A stretch of DNA of 64,000 nt from an uncultured Clostridia bacterium (GTDB taxonomy: Bacteria > Bacillota > Clostridia > Christensenellales > UBA1242). The notes beneath the pieces are model-generated. The model did not search any database, was not told where the DNA came from, and was given only the letters and a program-made list of their open reading frames with translations. Shown here piece by piece: positions 18,824 to 28,514 of the stretch; positions within the stretch are counted from its first letter, which is position 1, and each line of letters begins with the position of its first letter. A program made the translations under genes and the position numbers. The DNA is taken from positions 4,651-68,650 of the forward strand of contig CALWTS010000010.1 in the NCBI GenBank assembly GCA_944384535.1. Direction: 5' to 3'.

Positions 18824-18935
18824 AATTGTCAAAAAAAACTTAATTTTTATTTTTTGTTCAAAAAAGTCTCTTTATTGGTTGTGTAATTTTCTTTTTTATG
18901 ATACAATAATTTGAAACGTTAATTAAGGAGGCATT

Positions 18936-21209
18936 GTGGGCGAGCAAAAACCAAAATTTAAGTGGTCTTATATTGTATTTGCATTGATTATAATCTTAAT
19001 GGTTGTTTTAATTTTTTCTAACAATGGTTATAAAGGGGTTTACCTTGATGGAAATATTGAAGAGATCACTCAATTAGTTAAAGGTGAACATTTAAATTCA
19101 GAAGGAGAAAAAGAAAGACTAAAAGCAATTTATTACAAAGATAATATAATTTACTTTTTAGTTGATGGTTCTGAGTTTACTGGAAATTTTCCAAATTATT
19201 CAGACTATTATATTTATTATGAAAATTCAGATGAAGTTTTATCACAAACATTATCATTGATTAATGAAGAAAATAAAACTTTGGCAGAAGAAAATAAAAT
19301 TCTTATAAGAAAGGGTGTTGATGGAGTTAATTGGTGGGATGTAATATATCCAATCCTTTATATAGCTTTTGGACTTTTCCTTGTTTGGATGATTTTTAGG
19401 TTATTAAATAGTTCGAGTAAAGGTGCGATGGGTTTTGGTAAAAGCAAGGCAAAAGCTTATACATCAAGTAAGGTGAAATTTTCAGATATAGCTGGAACAG
19501 AAGAGGAAAAAGAAGAATTAAAAGAAATTGTAGATTTTTTAAAAGCTCCAAAAAAATTTACTGATTTGGGTGCAAGAATTCCTAAAGGAGTTCTTCTAGT
19601 TGGACACCCAGGAACAGGAAAGACCTTATTAGCAAGAGCAGTTGCAGGAGAAGCAAATGTTCCATTTATATCTATAAGCGGTTCAGATTTTGTTGAGATG
19701 TTTGTAGGTGTTGGTGCATCTAGGGTACGTGATTTATTTGAACAGGCTAAAAAGAATAAACCATGTATAGTATTTATTGATGAAATTGATGCAGTAGGTC
19801 GTCAAAGAGGAGCTGGACTAGGTGGCGGAAATGATGAAAGAGAACAAACATTAAATCAGTTGTTGGTTGAAATGGATGGTTTTGAATCTAATGAAGGAAT
19901 TATTATTCTTGCTGCAACCAATAGAGCTGATGTTTTGGATCCAGCGTTATTAAGACCAGGAAGATTTGATAGACAAATTTATGTTAACATTCCTGATGTA
20001 AAAGGAAGAGAAGGAATTTTGAGAATTCATGCAAGAAATAAACCATTAGATGAAAACGTGGATTTCAAAACTCTTGCAAAAATTACTGTTGGATTTACTG
20101 GCGCTGATATAGAAAATATGTTAAATGAAGCTGCTATTTTAGCGGCACGTGCTGGAAGACCAAAAATAATTATGTCAGATATTACAGAGGGAATAAATAA
20201 AGTAACAATGGGACCTCAAAAGAAATCTAGATTAGTTACTGACCGTGATAGGAAAATCACAGCATATCATGAAGCCGGGCATGCTATTTTAGCTAAAAAG
20301 TTAGAACATACTGATGAGGTACAAGAGGTTTCGATTATACCTAGAGGTGCTGCTGGTGGTTATACTATGCAAAGACCAGAGAATGATAATTCATATAGGA
20401 CATATAACTATTTAATGGATGAAATTGCTGTATGTATGGGTGGAAGAATTGCTGAAGAAATAGTGTTTAAAGATATTACAACAGGTGCTTCAAGTGATAT
20501 AAATCAAGCAACTAAAATTGCTAGAAATATGGTATATAATTGGGGAATGAGTAAAAACTTAGGATTTTTAAGTTTAGATTCCTCAGAGCAAATATTTATT
20601 GGAAGAGATTATCAAACTAAAAATGATTTTTCAGAGAAATTGGCTGCAGAAGCTGACGATGAAGTAAGAGGAATTTTGGATTTTAATTATAAAAGAGCTA
20701 AAAAAGTTTTAAATGATAATATCTCGCTTTTAAATGAAATGGCAAAACTATTATTAGATAAAGAAACTATAAACAAAGAAGAAATCGATATGCTTTTAGA
20801 TGGTAAAAAAGCAGAAGAAATTTCAGAGTTTATGGAGCAAAAAGAAAAAGAGCAAAAAGAAAAAGAGTTAAAAATAAGAAAGGAACAAGAGGAAAAACAT
20901 AAAAAAGATTTATTTGAGAAAAAACTTTTGGAAGGCGAAAAGTTATTAGCTAGTGGTATAATCACTCAAGAAGAATTTGATGCAATAAAACAAACTTATT
21001 TTAAAGAGGAAAAACCAACAGAAGATTTGCAAAATATTCAAAATGGTTTGGAGATTAAGAGCAAAGCTGAAAATTCAGAAATTGAAGAAAGTGAAAAAAT
21101 TGAAAATATAATTGAAAAACCAGAGATTGAAGAAAATAAAACAAATAAAAAAGAAGTTAATATTAAAGAAAAAGAAAAAACAAAAAGAAAAAATAAAAAA
21201 GGGGAATAA
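18936..21209 (+). CDS. ftsH: ATP-dependent zinc metalloprotease FtsH with extended K/E-rich C-terminal tail
   Basis: It has the Walker A motif [13 protein letters not shown], the SRH ([19 protein letters not shown]) and the zinc motif HEAGHA. The start is GTG after aaggagg. Confidence 0.95.
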   Translation: MGEQKPKFKWSYIVFALIIILMVVLIFSNNGYKGVYLDGNIEEITQLVKGEHLNSEGEKERLKAIYYKDNIIYFLVDGSEFTGNFPNYSDYYIYYENSDEVLSQTLSLINEENKTLAEENKILIRKGVDGVNWWDVIYPILYIAFGLFLVWMIFRLLNSSSKGAMGFGKSKAKAYTSSKVKFSDIAGTEEEKEELKEIVDFLKAPKKFTDLGARIPKGVLLVGHPGTGKTLLARAVAGEANVPFISISGSDFVEMFVGVGASRVRDLFEQAKKNKPCIVFIDEIDAVGRQRGAGLGGGNDEREQTLNQLLVEMDGFESNEGIIILAATNRADVLDPALLRPGRFDRQIYVNIPDVKGREGILRIHARNKPLDENVDFKTLAKITVGFTGADIENMLNEAAILAARAGRPKIIMSDITEGINKVTMGPQKKSRLVTDRDRKITAYHEAGHAILAKKLEHTDEVQEVSIIPRGAAGGYTMQRPENDNSYRTYNYLMDEIAVCMGGRIAEEIVFKDITTGASSDINQATKIARNMVYNWGMSKNLGFLSLDSSEQIFIGRDYQTKNDFSEKLAAEADDEVRGILDFNYKRAKKVLNDNISLLNEMAKLLLDKETINKEEIDMLLDGKKAEEISEFMEQKEKEQKEKELKIRKEQEEKHKKDLFEKKLLEGEKLLASGIITQEEFDAIKQTYFKEEKPTEDLQNIQNGLEIKSKAENSEIEESEKIENIIEKPEIEENKTNKKEVNIKEKEKTKRKNKKGE

Positions 21210-21212
21210 TAA

Positions 21213-21902
21213 ATGACTAAAGTTGAAGAAAATCAAATTGTTCAAGATGAACAAATAGATGATGTTTTACAGTCAGTTAGCGATGAATTTTTGAAGAAAA
21301 AAAATAGAAAAAGAAAAATAACTTTAGCAATAATTTCTGCAGTTATCCTCGCTTTTTCAATAGTAATTATAACTTTATCATGTGTTAGGGTAGATTTAAA
21401 ACCATTTTTTATAGAGGAACCAACTCAATTTAGTATAAATATAGATGGAAAAACATTATATTATGATTCATCTGATGAAAATTATAATGAGTTTTATAGT
21501 GAATTTATAAAGACTTTTGAGATAACATACATGTCAGCTATATTTACAGGATGTTTACAAGATTATAAAATAGTAGAAACATCTTCAAATTTCTACAAAA
21601 ATAACACAGTAAATTCAGCTATATCTTCTGATATGAGCTCGTTGTTGGGTAGTAATTACGTTCATTTATATTATATTGCAGAACAAAAACTTTACAATGC
21701 AAATGGTCAGGTTTGCACATCAAAATATAATTCCTCTCAAGAATTAAAATATGTTGATATATATTTTCCTTTAAGTACTGAAGATCAAATTAAAGATTTA
21801 ACATTCTATTTTGGAGCGTATGGGGATTCTCAACCAAGAATTACTAAGTTAACAATTAAGATAAATTCGTATTCATTATACAACTATTTAATTAATCAAT
21901 AA
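21213..21902 (+). CDS. Hypothetical membrane-anchored protein
   Basis: The 229-aa protein has a single TM (ITLAIISAVILAFSIVIITLSCV). It starts 3 nt after the ftsH stop. Confidence 0.5.
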   Translation: MTKVEENQIVQDEQIDDVLQSVSDEFLKKKNRKRKITLAIISAVILAFSIVIITLSCVRVDLKPFFIEEPTQFSINIDGKTLYYDSSDENYNEFYSEFIKTFEITYMSAIFTGCLQDYKIVETSSNFYKNNTVNSAISSDMSSLLGSNYVHLYYIAEQKLYNANGQVCTSKYNSSQELKYVDIYFPLSTEDQIKDLTFYFGAYGDSQPRITKLTIKINSYSLYNYLINQ

Positions 21903-21931
21903 AAAAAAGACCTAAATTGGTCTTTTTTTTA
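21901..21931. terminator. Bidirectional intrinsic terminator
   Basis: The stem aagacc (21907-21912) pairs with ggtctt (21919-21924). It is flanked by A8 and T8 runs. Confidence 0.75.
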
Positions 21932-24511
21932 TTGATTTTGCAATAAACTTATAATCTTATCTCTTAGTTTATCAATTCTTTTTTTGTTTAATTTTATTAT
22001 AATTAATAAAATTATTGTGGCAAGTATTATCGCAAAGAATGTAACTATGACAGTGAATGATTTCGATGTAATAGAAAATAGTGTTGGTAGGGCAATAATT
22101 GTGCCTGTAATAGTAGCAAAAGATATTGCCATAGTAAATCCTCTTAATAAAGTGATAGGGAAACATAATGTTGCCAAATTTAAGAATCCAGTATAAGTTA
22201 AAACAAGTACTGCTAAAGTTCGGTATTCATCAAAAGATAATATTTGTCTGCTTTGTGAATAATATAAAACCATAATAATTAAAACATTTAGCAAAAGTAA
22301 AAATGCTCTAGGTAACGATCTTTTCATAACTTGAGGAATAAAGTTTCCTCGTATAGGTTTTGTATTTGGTTCAAAAGTCAAGAGGAAAGAAGGAATACCA
22401 ATAACAAAAGCTTCTAAAAGTAACATCATACTTGGTTTAAAAGGATAAGGTAATTGTATAAATAGGGTAATTATAGTTAACGTAATAGCAAAGAATGTTT
22501 TCATAAGGAATAGAGAAGATGAGTTTTGAACGTTGTTTATAACTTGTCGGCCTTCTTTTACTACAGAAGGTAAAGAGGAGAAATTGGACTCTAGGAGAAC
22601 AAGTTTGGAAATACTTCTTGCGACTTCGCTTCCATCAGCCATTGCGATAGAGCAATCAGCTTCTTTAAGTGCTAAAGTATCATTAACACCATCTCCAGTC
22701 ATTGCAACAACTTTTCCTTTATTTTTTAATGCCTTTATAATTGTATATTTTTGTTCTGGAGTAACTCTTCCAAAGACTGTAAATTGATCAGCCATTTGTT
22801 CTACTTCTTTGAGACTAAAGTTTTCAAGGGAAATAAATTTATCACTATTTTCCACTCCAACTCTTTGTGCTATTTTTGATACAGTTGCAGGATCATCACC
22901 TGATATAATTTTAATTTCAACACCATTATCCTTAAACCATTGTATAGTTTCTATTGCATCATCTCTTATATGTTCTTCTATGACTATTAATGCAAGAAGG
23001 GTAGATTTTTCTCCTGACATATTTTTGTCGTATTTTCCACTATCTTGTTCTGCAAAAGCTAAAACCCTTAGACCTTTGCTTTGTTGTTCTTTTATAAAAT
23101 CTAATTGTTCTTGAGTTATTTTACAACCAATTCTTGTTGAAGCACCTAAAAAATATATTTTATGATTAGATAATTGTGTTATAGAATACTTTCTTTCCGA
23201 TGAAAATTCACATATATTTAAAGCAGAGAAATCATTATTTCTTCCAAATTCTTTAATCATTGCACTGGAAGTAGAATTTATAGTTGTTTGAACATTTAAT
23301 ACATTTGAAAGAAGTTTTTTAATATTTGATTTTCTCTTATTAGTATATGTTAAAAAATCTACTACTTTCATTGTTCCATCAGTAATTGTTCCTGTTTTAT
23401 CTAGACACAAAACATTTGTTCTTGCGAGCATTTCAATTGAGTAAAGATCTTTTACTAATGTTTTTTTCTTTGTAAGTTTTATTACACCAACTGCTAAAGC
23501 TACAGTAACTAATAGAAACATTCCTGCAGGAATCATACTTGTTAAGGAGCCACTAGTATTTGTGATTTGATCTTTTAATGTTGAACCTGGTTGAGCAAAT
23601 TCTTTTAAAAAAGTTAAAATACCAATTGGCACAAGAGCAATTCCAATATATTTGATAAGTCTATTAAGATCTTTAAATAGGTTTGATTGAGGTGCTTTAA
23701 ATTCTTTTGCTTTTTTGGCCATTTGATAAATGTAATTATCTCTACCTATTTTATTTACTCTCGCACGACATACTCCAGAAACAACAAAACTTCCTGACAA
23801 AAGTATTCCATCAGTTGTTTTTTCAATTGCATTAGATTCTCCAGTTAAAAGACTTTCATTAACTTCAACTTTACCATCTACGATAATGCAATCAGAAGGA
23901 ATTTGGTTACCATTTGAAAGTATTATAATATCATCTAGTAATAATTTATCTGCAGGAACTTCTATAATTTGACCTTCACGAACAGTTTTAACCATGGGTG
24001 CTGTTACAATTGATAATTTTTCTATCGCAATTTTAGCACGAATTTCTTGAATGATTGCAATAGCTGTATTTGCTATAATTACAAAAATAAATATTAAGTC
24101 ACTATACGAACCTACAGCAATCAAAGCGGCTGCGATAATTGCCCACAACATATTAAAAAAAGTAAAAATGTTTTTAACAAATATTGATGTATAAGATTTG
24201 GATGATTTAACTTTTGTTTTATTAATCAAGTTAGCATTTGTTCTTTGTTCTATTTGTTCTTTGCTTAAGCCATAATTAAAATCCGTTTCAAATCTTTGTA
24301 CATTATCAGGCATTGCTGGTTTTTCTTCTTTTTCTTTTTTCTTAAATTTAAATTTATTCTTTAGTTTTTCAAAAATATTTTTATTATTTTCAAGTCCCTC
24401 GATAGTATAAAAAAGGATTGTCAAATCACTAATTTCAGATTTTGTCCTTTTGAACTTTGTTTGAACTTTTAAGAGTTGTTTTAAATTTGTTGTTACATTA
24501 TTTTTTTTCAT
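21929..24511 (-). CDS. Cation-translocating P-type ATPase (E1-E2, HAD superfamily)
   Basis: It has the phosphorylation motif CLDKTGTITDG, the hinge MTGDGVNDTLALKEAD and about 10 TM segments. The transported ion cannot be determined from the sequence. Confidence 0.9.
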   Translation of the reverse strand: MKKNNVTTNLKQLLKVQTKFKRTKSEISDLTILFYTIEGLENNKNIFEKLKNKFKFKKKEKEEKPAMPDNVQRFETDFNYGLSKEQIEQRTNANLINKTKVKSSKSYTSIFVKNIFTFFNMLWAIIAAALIAVGSYSDLIFIFVIIANTAIAIIQEIRAKIAIEKLSIVTAPMVKTVREGQIIEVPADKLLLDDIIILSNGNQIPSDCIIVDGKVEVNESLLTGESNAIEKTTDGILLSGSFVVSGVCRARVNKIGRDNYIYQMAKKAKEFKAPQSNLFKDLNRLIKYIGIALVPIGILTFLKEFAQPGSTLKDQITNTSGSLTSMIPAGMFLLVTVALAVGVIKLTKKKTLVKDLYSIEMLARTNVLCLDKTGTITDGTMKVVDFLTYTNKRKSNIKKLLSNVLNVQTTINSTSSAMIKEFGRNNDFSALNICEFSSERKYSITQLSNHKIYFLGASTRIGCKITQEQLDFIKEQQSKGLRVLAFAEQDSGKYDKNMSGEKSTLLALIVIEEHIRDDAIETIQWFKDNGVEIKIISGDDPATVSKIAQRVGVENSDKFISLENFSLKEVEQMADQFTVFGRVTPEQKYTIIKALKNKGKVVAMTGDGVNDTLALKEADCSIAMADGSEVARSISKLVLLESNFSSLPSVVKEGRQVINNVQNSSSLFLMKTFFAITLTIITLFIQLPYPFKPSMMLLLEAFVIGIPSFLLTFEPNTKPIRGNFIPQVMKRSLPRAFLLLLNVLIIMVLYYSQSRQILSFDEYRTLAVLVLTYTGFLNLATLCFPITLLRGFTMAISFATITGTIIALPTLFSITSKSFTVIVTFFAIILATIILLIIIKLNKKRIDKLRDKIISLLQNQ

Positions 24512-24643
24512 AATTCTTTATATATCTATATCATAAATTATACTTATTTATTATCTAAAAGTCAACATTATTACAAATAGATTTGACAATGTTTAACAAA
24601 TAAAGTATTCTATTACAGGTATATGTTAATTAAGGAGAAAATA

Positions 24644-25882
24644 ATGTCAATTGAGATTTCTGAAAATTTAAAAAAACTCGCAAAACTTTTTCCCTGTGAA
24701 CTTTATATCGTTGGTGGATATATTAGAAATTCAATAATGGGTATAGAAAAAGAAGATGTAGATATATGCTCAAAATTAACTATTGAGGAAGTTGAAAAAC
24801 TGTTAAATGGCACGGTTTTTGATGTTAAAGTAAAAAGTAAAACTCTTGGAAGTTTAATTATTTCATACAAAGACAAAAAATATGAATATACAACTTTTAG
24901 AAAAGATATTTATCCAACAGGAGGACAACACTTACCTGAAAAAGTCATTTTTATTGATTCTGTTAAAGAAGATGCTAAAAGAAGAGATTTTACATGTAAT
25001 GCACTATATTATGATATAAAAAATGATAAATTATTGGATTTTTACGATGGTGTAAATGACATAAAAAAGAAAATTTTAAGAACTGTTGAAAATCCTGAAT
25101 ATGTTTTATCACATGATGGTTTGAGAATTTTAAGATTATTTCGTTTTCAATGTGAATTAAATTTTAAAATAGAAAAGCAGACTTTATTTACGGCATTCAA
25201 ATATAAAAACAATTTAAGAGAGATTGCTGGAGAAAGAGTAATTTATGAAATTACAAGAATTTTACATAGTCCAAGTAAATATAAAAAAATTTCTAAACCA
25301 AATGCTTATATGATGGCTTTAAAGCAATTTAACAAGGCGGGTATATGGCCAATATTTGGAATAGATTGTCCTAAAATTAAATTTAAAATGGTAAAGAAGG
25401 TTCAACATAAATCCCAAGGATTTTTAATTGATGTTATTGACACAGTTAATCCTATATCAATATCTTATTACTTGAATTTGATTTTAACGGAATCATTTGG
25501 CTTGAATAAAAAAATGGTAGAACAATATATAAATATTTTGTCTGGTTATTATGAAGCATTAAATCATCAACAAAACAAACCTTATTTTTTTAAATATTTC
25601 AACAATTTTCCTAATATTTATCTTTTACTTGTTCAAAAGTCTAGATATTTAGCGAATAAGTATCAGTTTTTCTATAAATACATTATTTCTCATAAATTAA
25701 TTGTTTCTATAAAAGATTTAAAAATATCAGGAGATGATATTAAGAAAAATTATCCAACAGTTAAACCTAATAGATATAAACCAATTTTAGAAAGTTTACT
25801 TAGTGATATTTTCGATGGTTTATTAAATAATGATAAAAAAGAATTGATAGAGGCGGTAGAAGGTAAGTTAAAATATTTATAA
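24644..25882 (+). CDS. CCA tRNA nucleotidyltransferase / poly(A) polymerase-family protein
   Basis: It has the nucleotidyltransferase head motif (VGGYIRNSIMG...EDVDIC) and RRDFTCNALYYD. I prefer the ATG at 24644 (SD aaggag) over 24623. Confidence 0.75.
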   Translation: MSIEISENLKKLAKLFPCELYIVGGYIRNSIMGIEKEDVDICSKLTIEEVEKLLNGTVFDVKVKSKTLGSLIISYKDKKYEYTTFRKDIYPTGGQHLPEKVIFIDSVKEDAKRRDFTCNALYYDIKNDKLLDFYDGVNDIKKKILRTVENPEYVLSHDGLRILRLFRFQCELNFKIEKQTLFTAFKYKNNLREIAGERVIYEITRILHSPSKYKKISKPNAYMMALKQFNKAGIWPIFGIDCPKIKFKMVKKVQHKSQGFLIDVIDTVNPISISYYLNLILTESFGLNKKMVEQYINILSGYYEALNHQQNKPYFFKYFNNFPNIYLLLVQKSRYLANKYQFFYKYIISHKLIVSIKDLKISGDDIKKNYPTVKPNRYKPILESLLSDIFDGLLNNDKKELIEAVEGKLKYL

Positions 25883-25899
25883 TAAAGTTTTAAGTTAAC

Positions 25900-25929
25900 A
25901 AAAAAAGAGGGGAAACCTCTTTTTTTTGT
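25900..25929. terminator. Bidirectional intrinsic terminator
   Basis: The stem agagg (25906-25910) pairs with cctct (25916-25920). It is flanked by A and T runs. Confidence 0.7.
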
Positions 25930-25951
25930 TAATTTAATTAATCATTAAGTC

Positions 25952-27478
25952 CTAATCAATAATTTTCCATTTTTTCTTTGCATTTTCTATTGTTTTATCT
26001 GTGACAATTTGAGGAGGTATTATTTTTATATTGTTTGAAGGAATAATCATTCCTTCTTCAGGATCACATGTTCCCTCAATAATTATACCTTTTTGAGGTC
26101 TGTAGTGATCATGTCTTATTAATTTTTCTTCAATCACTATTCCATCTTTAATGTATTGGATATATCCTTTTGATTCATAACCTTCTTGTGGATATTTTAG
26201 TCTATAATATTCTCCTTTATATATAACTTGGTTTAAATACTTTTGTGTTGTATCACTTATTATACTATCTCCTTCATGAGGAAGTATTTTAACAAGTTCT
26301 GCTCTTGTTTCAATTTTAAGTCCATCTTCAAAAGGTTGTCCATATATTTCAACTGTTATTTCATCATCAGTACAAATAGTTTTTATAAAGATAGGTGTTT
26401 CTAGATTGTTTTTAAAAATTAAATCTGCATAACCATCACTGACCATTGAATCGAATGATAAAGGAACATATGAAGCGGGAAGAGAATGGTGTGTAACTTG
26501 TAAAATTTCAATATCTGATAAAATTAGTGCATTATATAGTGTTGTAGATGCCTGACAAACGCCACCACCAACTCCAGAAACATAACTGCCATCAAAAATG
26601 ATGTTTGCATTTTTATAACCATTTGAACTTGTTCTTGGTCCTGTTTGATTATTAAAAGATATTTCTTGTCCAGGTTCAACAATAAGACCATTAAATGATT
26701 TTAATGCCAATTTTATGTTTGTTTTTCTATTTGAGGTTGATTTGGAATAATTTGTTGTGAAACTTGATCGTAAAGAAATGTTCTGCACAAATTCCTCTAG
26801 TGAATTTTCTGGAATAATCTCTTTTGTAGGAATTTCAATGATTGAATAATCTTGATCTTGAATTGCTAAATTTATTTTTTGATCTAACAAATCTCTATCT
26901 ACAATATAACCTTTAGTTAAATTATTCACAGAAAACATTGTTTCACTATTTGGGTTGAATGTTACGTAAGGTGCGGAAGGTTGTTTTTCAATTTCTTCAA
27001 TTATATCATTAATTTTAAATTCTATTCCTCCTAATAAGTCTTGGTAAGGAACGTTAACTATTAAACCTTCTTTTTTTATTTTATTTTCAAAAGATTTTTT
27101 TTGAAAAATATTCCCATCTCTACCTACGTTAATGACATTATTTAAAGAGTCATTAAAATTTCCAATTATTTCAAAATCTTCTCCATTAAGTGTCCATTCT
27201 TTATTTTCATGTTTTAATGTTATATTAATTTTATTTTTATTTTCTACTAAATTTGCTGTTAAAAGACTATTTGCTTCTTCTTTTGTTAAACCTGAAATAT
27301 CTATTCCATTTACAGAGGTATTTTGATAAAATGTGGTATTATTGTTTACAGTATCTCCAAAATAAAGTTGACAAAAAAGTAATAAACAAATTGTAATAAC
27401 AAAAACTCCAATCAACCAAAAAATAGAAGACTTTGTGTTGGAGGTTTGAATAGTTTTGGTATTAATATTTTTTTCCAC
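25952..27478 (-). CDS. VanW-family protein (N-terminal membrane anchor)
   Basis: It has the VanW core motif GGGVCQASTTLYNA and an N-terminal TM (SIFWLIGVFVITICLLLFCQL). Confidence 0.85.
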   Translation of the reverse strand: MEKNINTKTIQTSNTKSSIFWLIGVFVITICLLLFCQLYFGDTVNNNTTFYQNTSVNGIDISGLTKEEANSLLTANLVENKNKINITLKHENKEWTLNGEDFEIIGNFNDSLNNVINVGRDGNIFQKKSFENKIKKEGLIVNVPYQDLLGGIEFKINDIIEEIEKQPSAPYVTFNPNSETMFSVNNLTKGYIVDRDLLDQKINLAIQDQDYSIIEIPTKEIIPENSLEEFVQNISLRSSFTTNYSKSTSNRKTNIKLALKSFNGLIVEPGQEISFNNQTGPRTSSNGYKNANIIFDGSYVSGVGGGVCQASTTLYNALILSDIEILQVTHHSLPASYVPLSFDSMVSDGYADLIFKNNLETPIFIKTICTDDEITVEIYGQPFEDGLKIETRAELVKILPHEGDSIISDTTQKYLNQVIYKGEYYRLKYPQEGYESKGYIQYIKDGIVIEEKLIRHDHYRPQKGIIIEGTCDPEEGMIIPSNNIKIIPPQIVTDKTIENAKKKWKIID

Positions 27479-27573
27479 ATTAACTCCTTTATCGTATTAT
27501 TTGTAAATAAAAATAAATTATTCTTAACAAAGTTGGGTAGAATAATTTATTATTTTAGTAAAATAATAAAAAT

Positions 27574-28293
27574 ATGCAGCAGCTTAGTTTAAAGAAAAAG
27601 ATATTTCATATTATATTTGTTATATTTTGTATAACATTATTTTTGTTTATTACCTATTTGATACTTTTGTGGACAGGGGTTTGGGAAAAATTAAATTCTG
27701 TTGATAAATTAAGACAACTAATACTTGATTTAGGTTTTTGGGGAAGGTTTGCATTTGTTTCTTTTCAGTTTTTACAAGTAACTTTTATACCTATTCCGTC
27801 TCCTATTTTAGTTATTGCAGGTAGTTTAATTTATGGACCATTTCAATCAGGACTATTGTCACTAGCTGGTATCTTGCTAGGCAGTGCCGTTGCATTTTTT
27901 TTAGGAAAGGTTTTTGGAAAGAAAGTAGTAACTTACATGGTAGGAGAGGAAACTCAAAAAAAATGGAAATCATTTTTAAGTAATTGTAAGTATTCATTTG
28001 TGTTGATGATGTTGTTACCATTATTCCCAGATGATATTTTATGTCTTGTTGCAGGTTTGACAGATATGAGTTGGACATTTTTTATGGTTACACAATTTAT
28101 TTCACGACCAATTGGAATTTTTATGCTTAGTTATTTTTCAAGTGGAGAAATTATACCTTTTCAAGGATGGGGTCTTATTGTATGGGCAATAATTGCAATA
28201 ATTGCAATAATTGCAATATATTTATCAAGTAAATACAACAAACAAATAGAAAAATTTTTTAAAAAATTATTTATTAGAAAAAAAACTAATTAA
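27574..28293 (+). CDS. TVP38/TMEM64 (DedA-related, SNARE-associated) family membrane protein
   Basis: It has the motif FLQVTFIPIPSPILVIAGSLIYGPFQSGLLSLAGILLGSAVAFFLGKVFGKK. Confidence 0.8.
   Translation: MQQLSLKKKIFHIIFVIFCITLFLFITYLILLWTGVWEKLNSVDKLRQLILDLGFWGRFAFVSFQFLQVTFIPIPSPILVIAGSLIYGPFQSGLLSLAGILLGSAVAFFLGKVFGKKVVTYMVGEETQKKWKSFLSNCKYSFVLMMLLPLFPDDILCLVAGLTDMSWTFFMVTQFISRPIGIFMLSYFSSGEIIPFQGWGLIVWAIIAIIAIIAIYLSSKYNKQIEKFFKKLFIRKKTN
28187..28219 (+). repeat. In-frame 9-bp tandem repeat (gcaataatt x3 plus a partial copy)
   Basis: gcaataatt occurs at 28187, 28196 and 28205, followed by gcaata. It encodes AIIAIIAIIAI in the last TM helix of the TVP38 protein. Confidence 0.8.
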
Positions 28294-28450
28294 TTAATTT
28301 TATAAATAATGGCATTCCTTCGTATAACATGTTTGGGGTAATATTGTTATAAATTAGAATACTGAAAGCTGATATGTTATATCTTTCCGCTATAGAATTT
28401 ATTGTATCATTTTTTTTCACGAAATATATTATGTTTAATTCTTTTTTCAT
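28286..28450 (-). CDS. Small LysM-domain protein (54 aa), absent from the ORF track
   Basis: The hand translation is MKKELNIIYFVKKNDTINSIAERYNISAFSILIYNNITPNMLYEGMPLFIKLIN. It fits the LysM pattern (Y.V..GDT...IA..Y......L...N......L..G..L.I). The SD GAGGTG lies 5 nt upstream and the stop is TAG. Confidence 0.7.
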   Translation of the reverse strand: MKKELNIIYFVKKNDTINSIAERYNISAFSILIYNNITPNMLYEGMPLFIKLIN

Positions 28451-28514
28451 TTTTCACCTCAATATTTGGTATTAAATTGTATTCATAATTAATAACATAT
28501 ATGAGGAGATGTGA

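Noticed and set aside
21972-23114. Several 64-101-aa ORFs on both strands inside the P-type ATPase gene. Similar short ORFs lie inside recD2, cysS, leuS, mfd, the ABC gene and the giant gene.
   Set aside because: All are nested in or antisense to long, motif-supported genes and lack an SD. They are typical spurious ORFs of AT-rich DNA.
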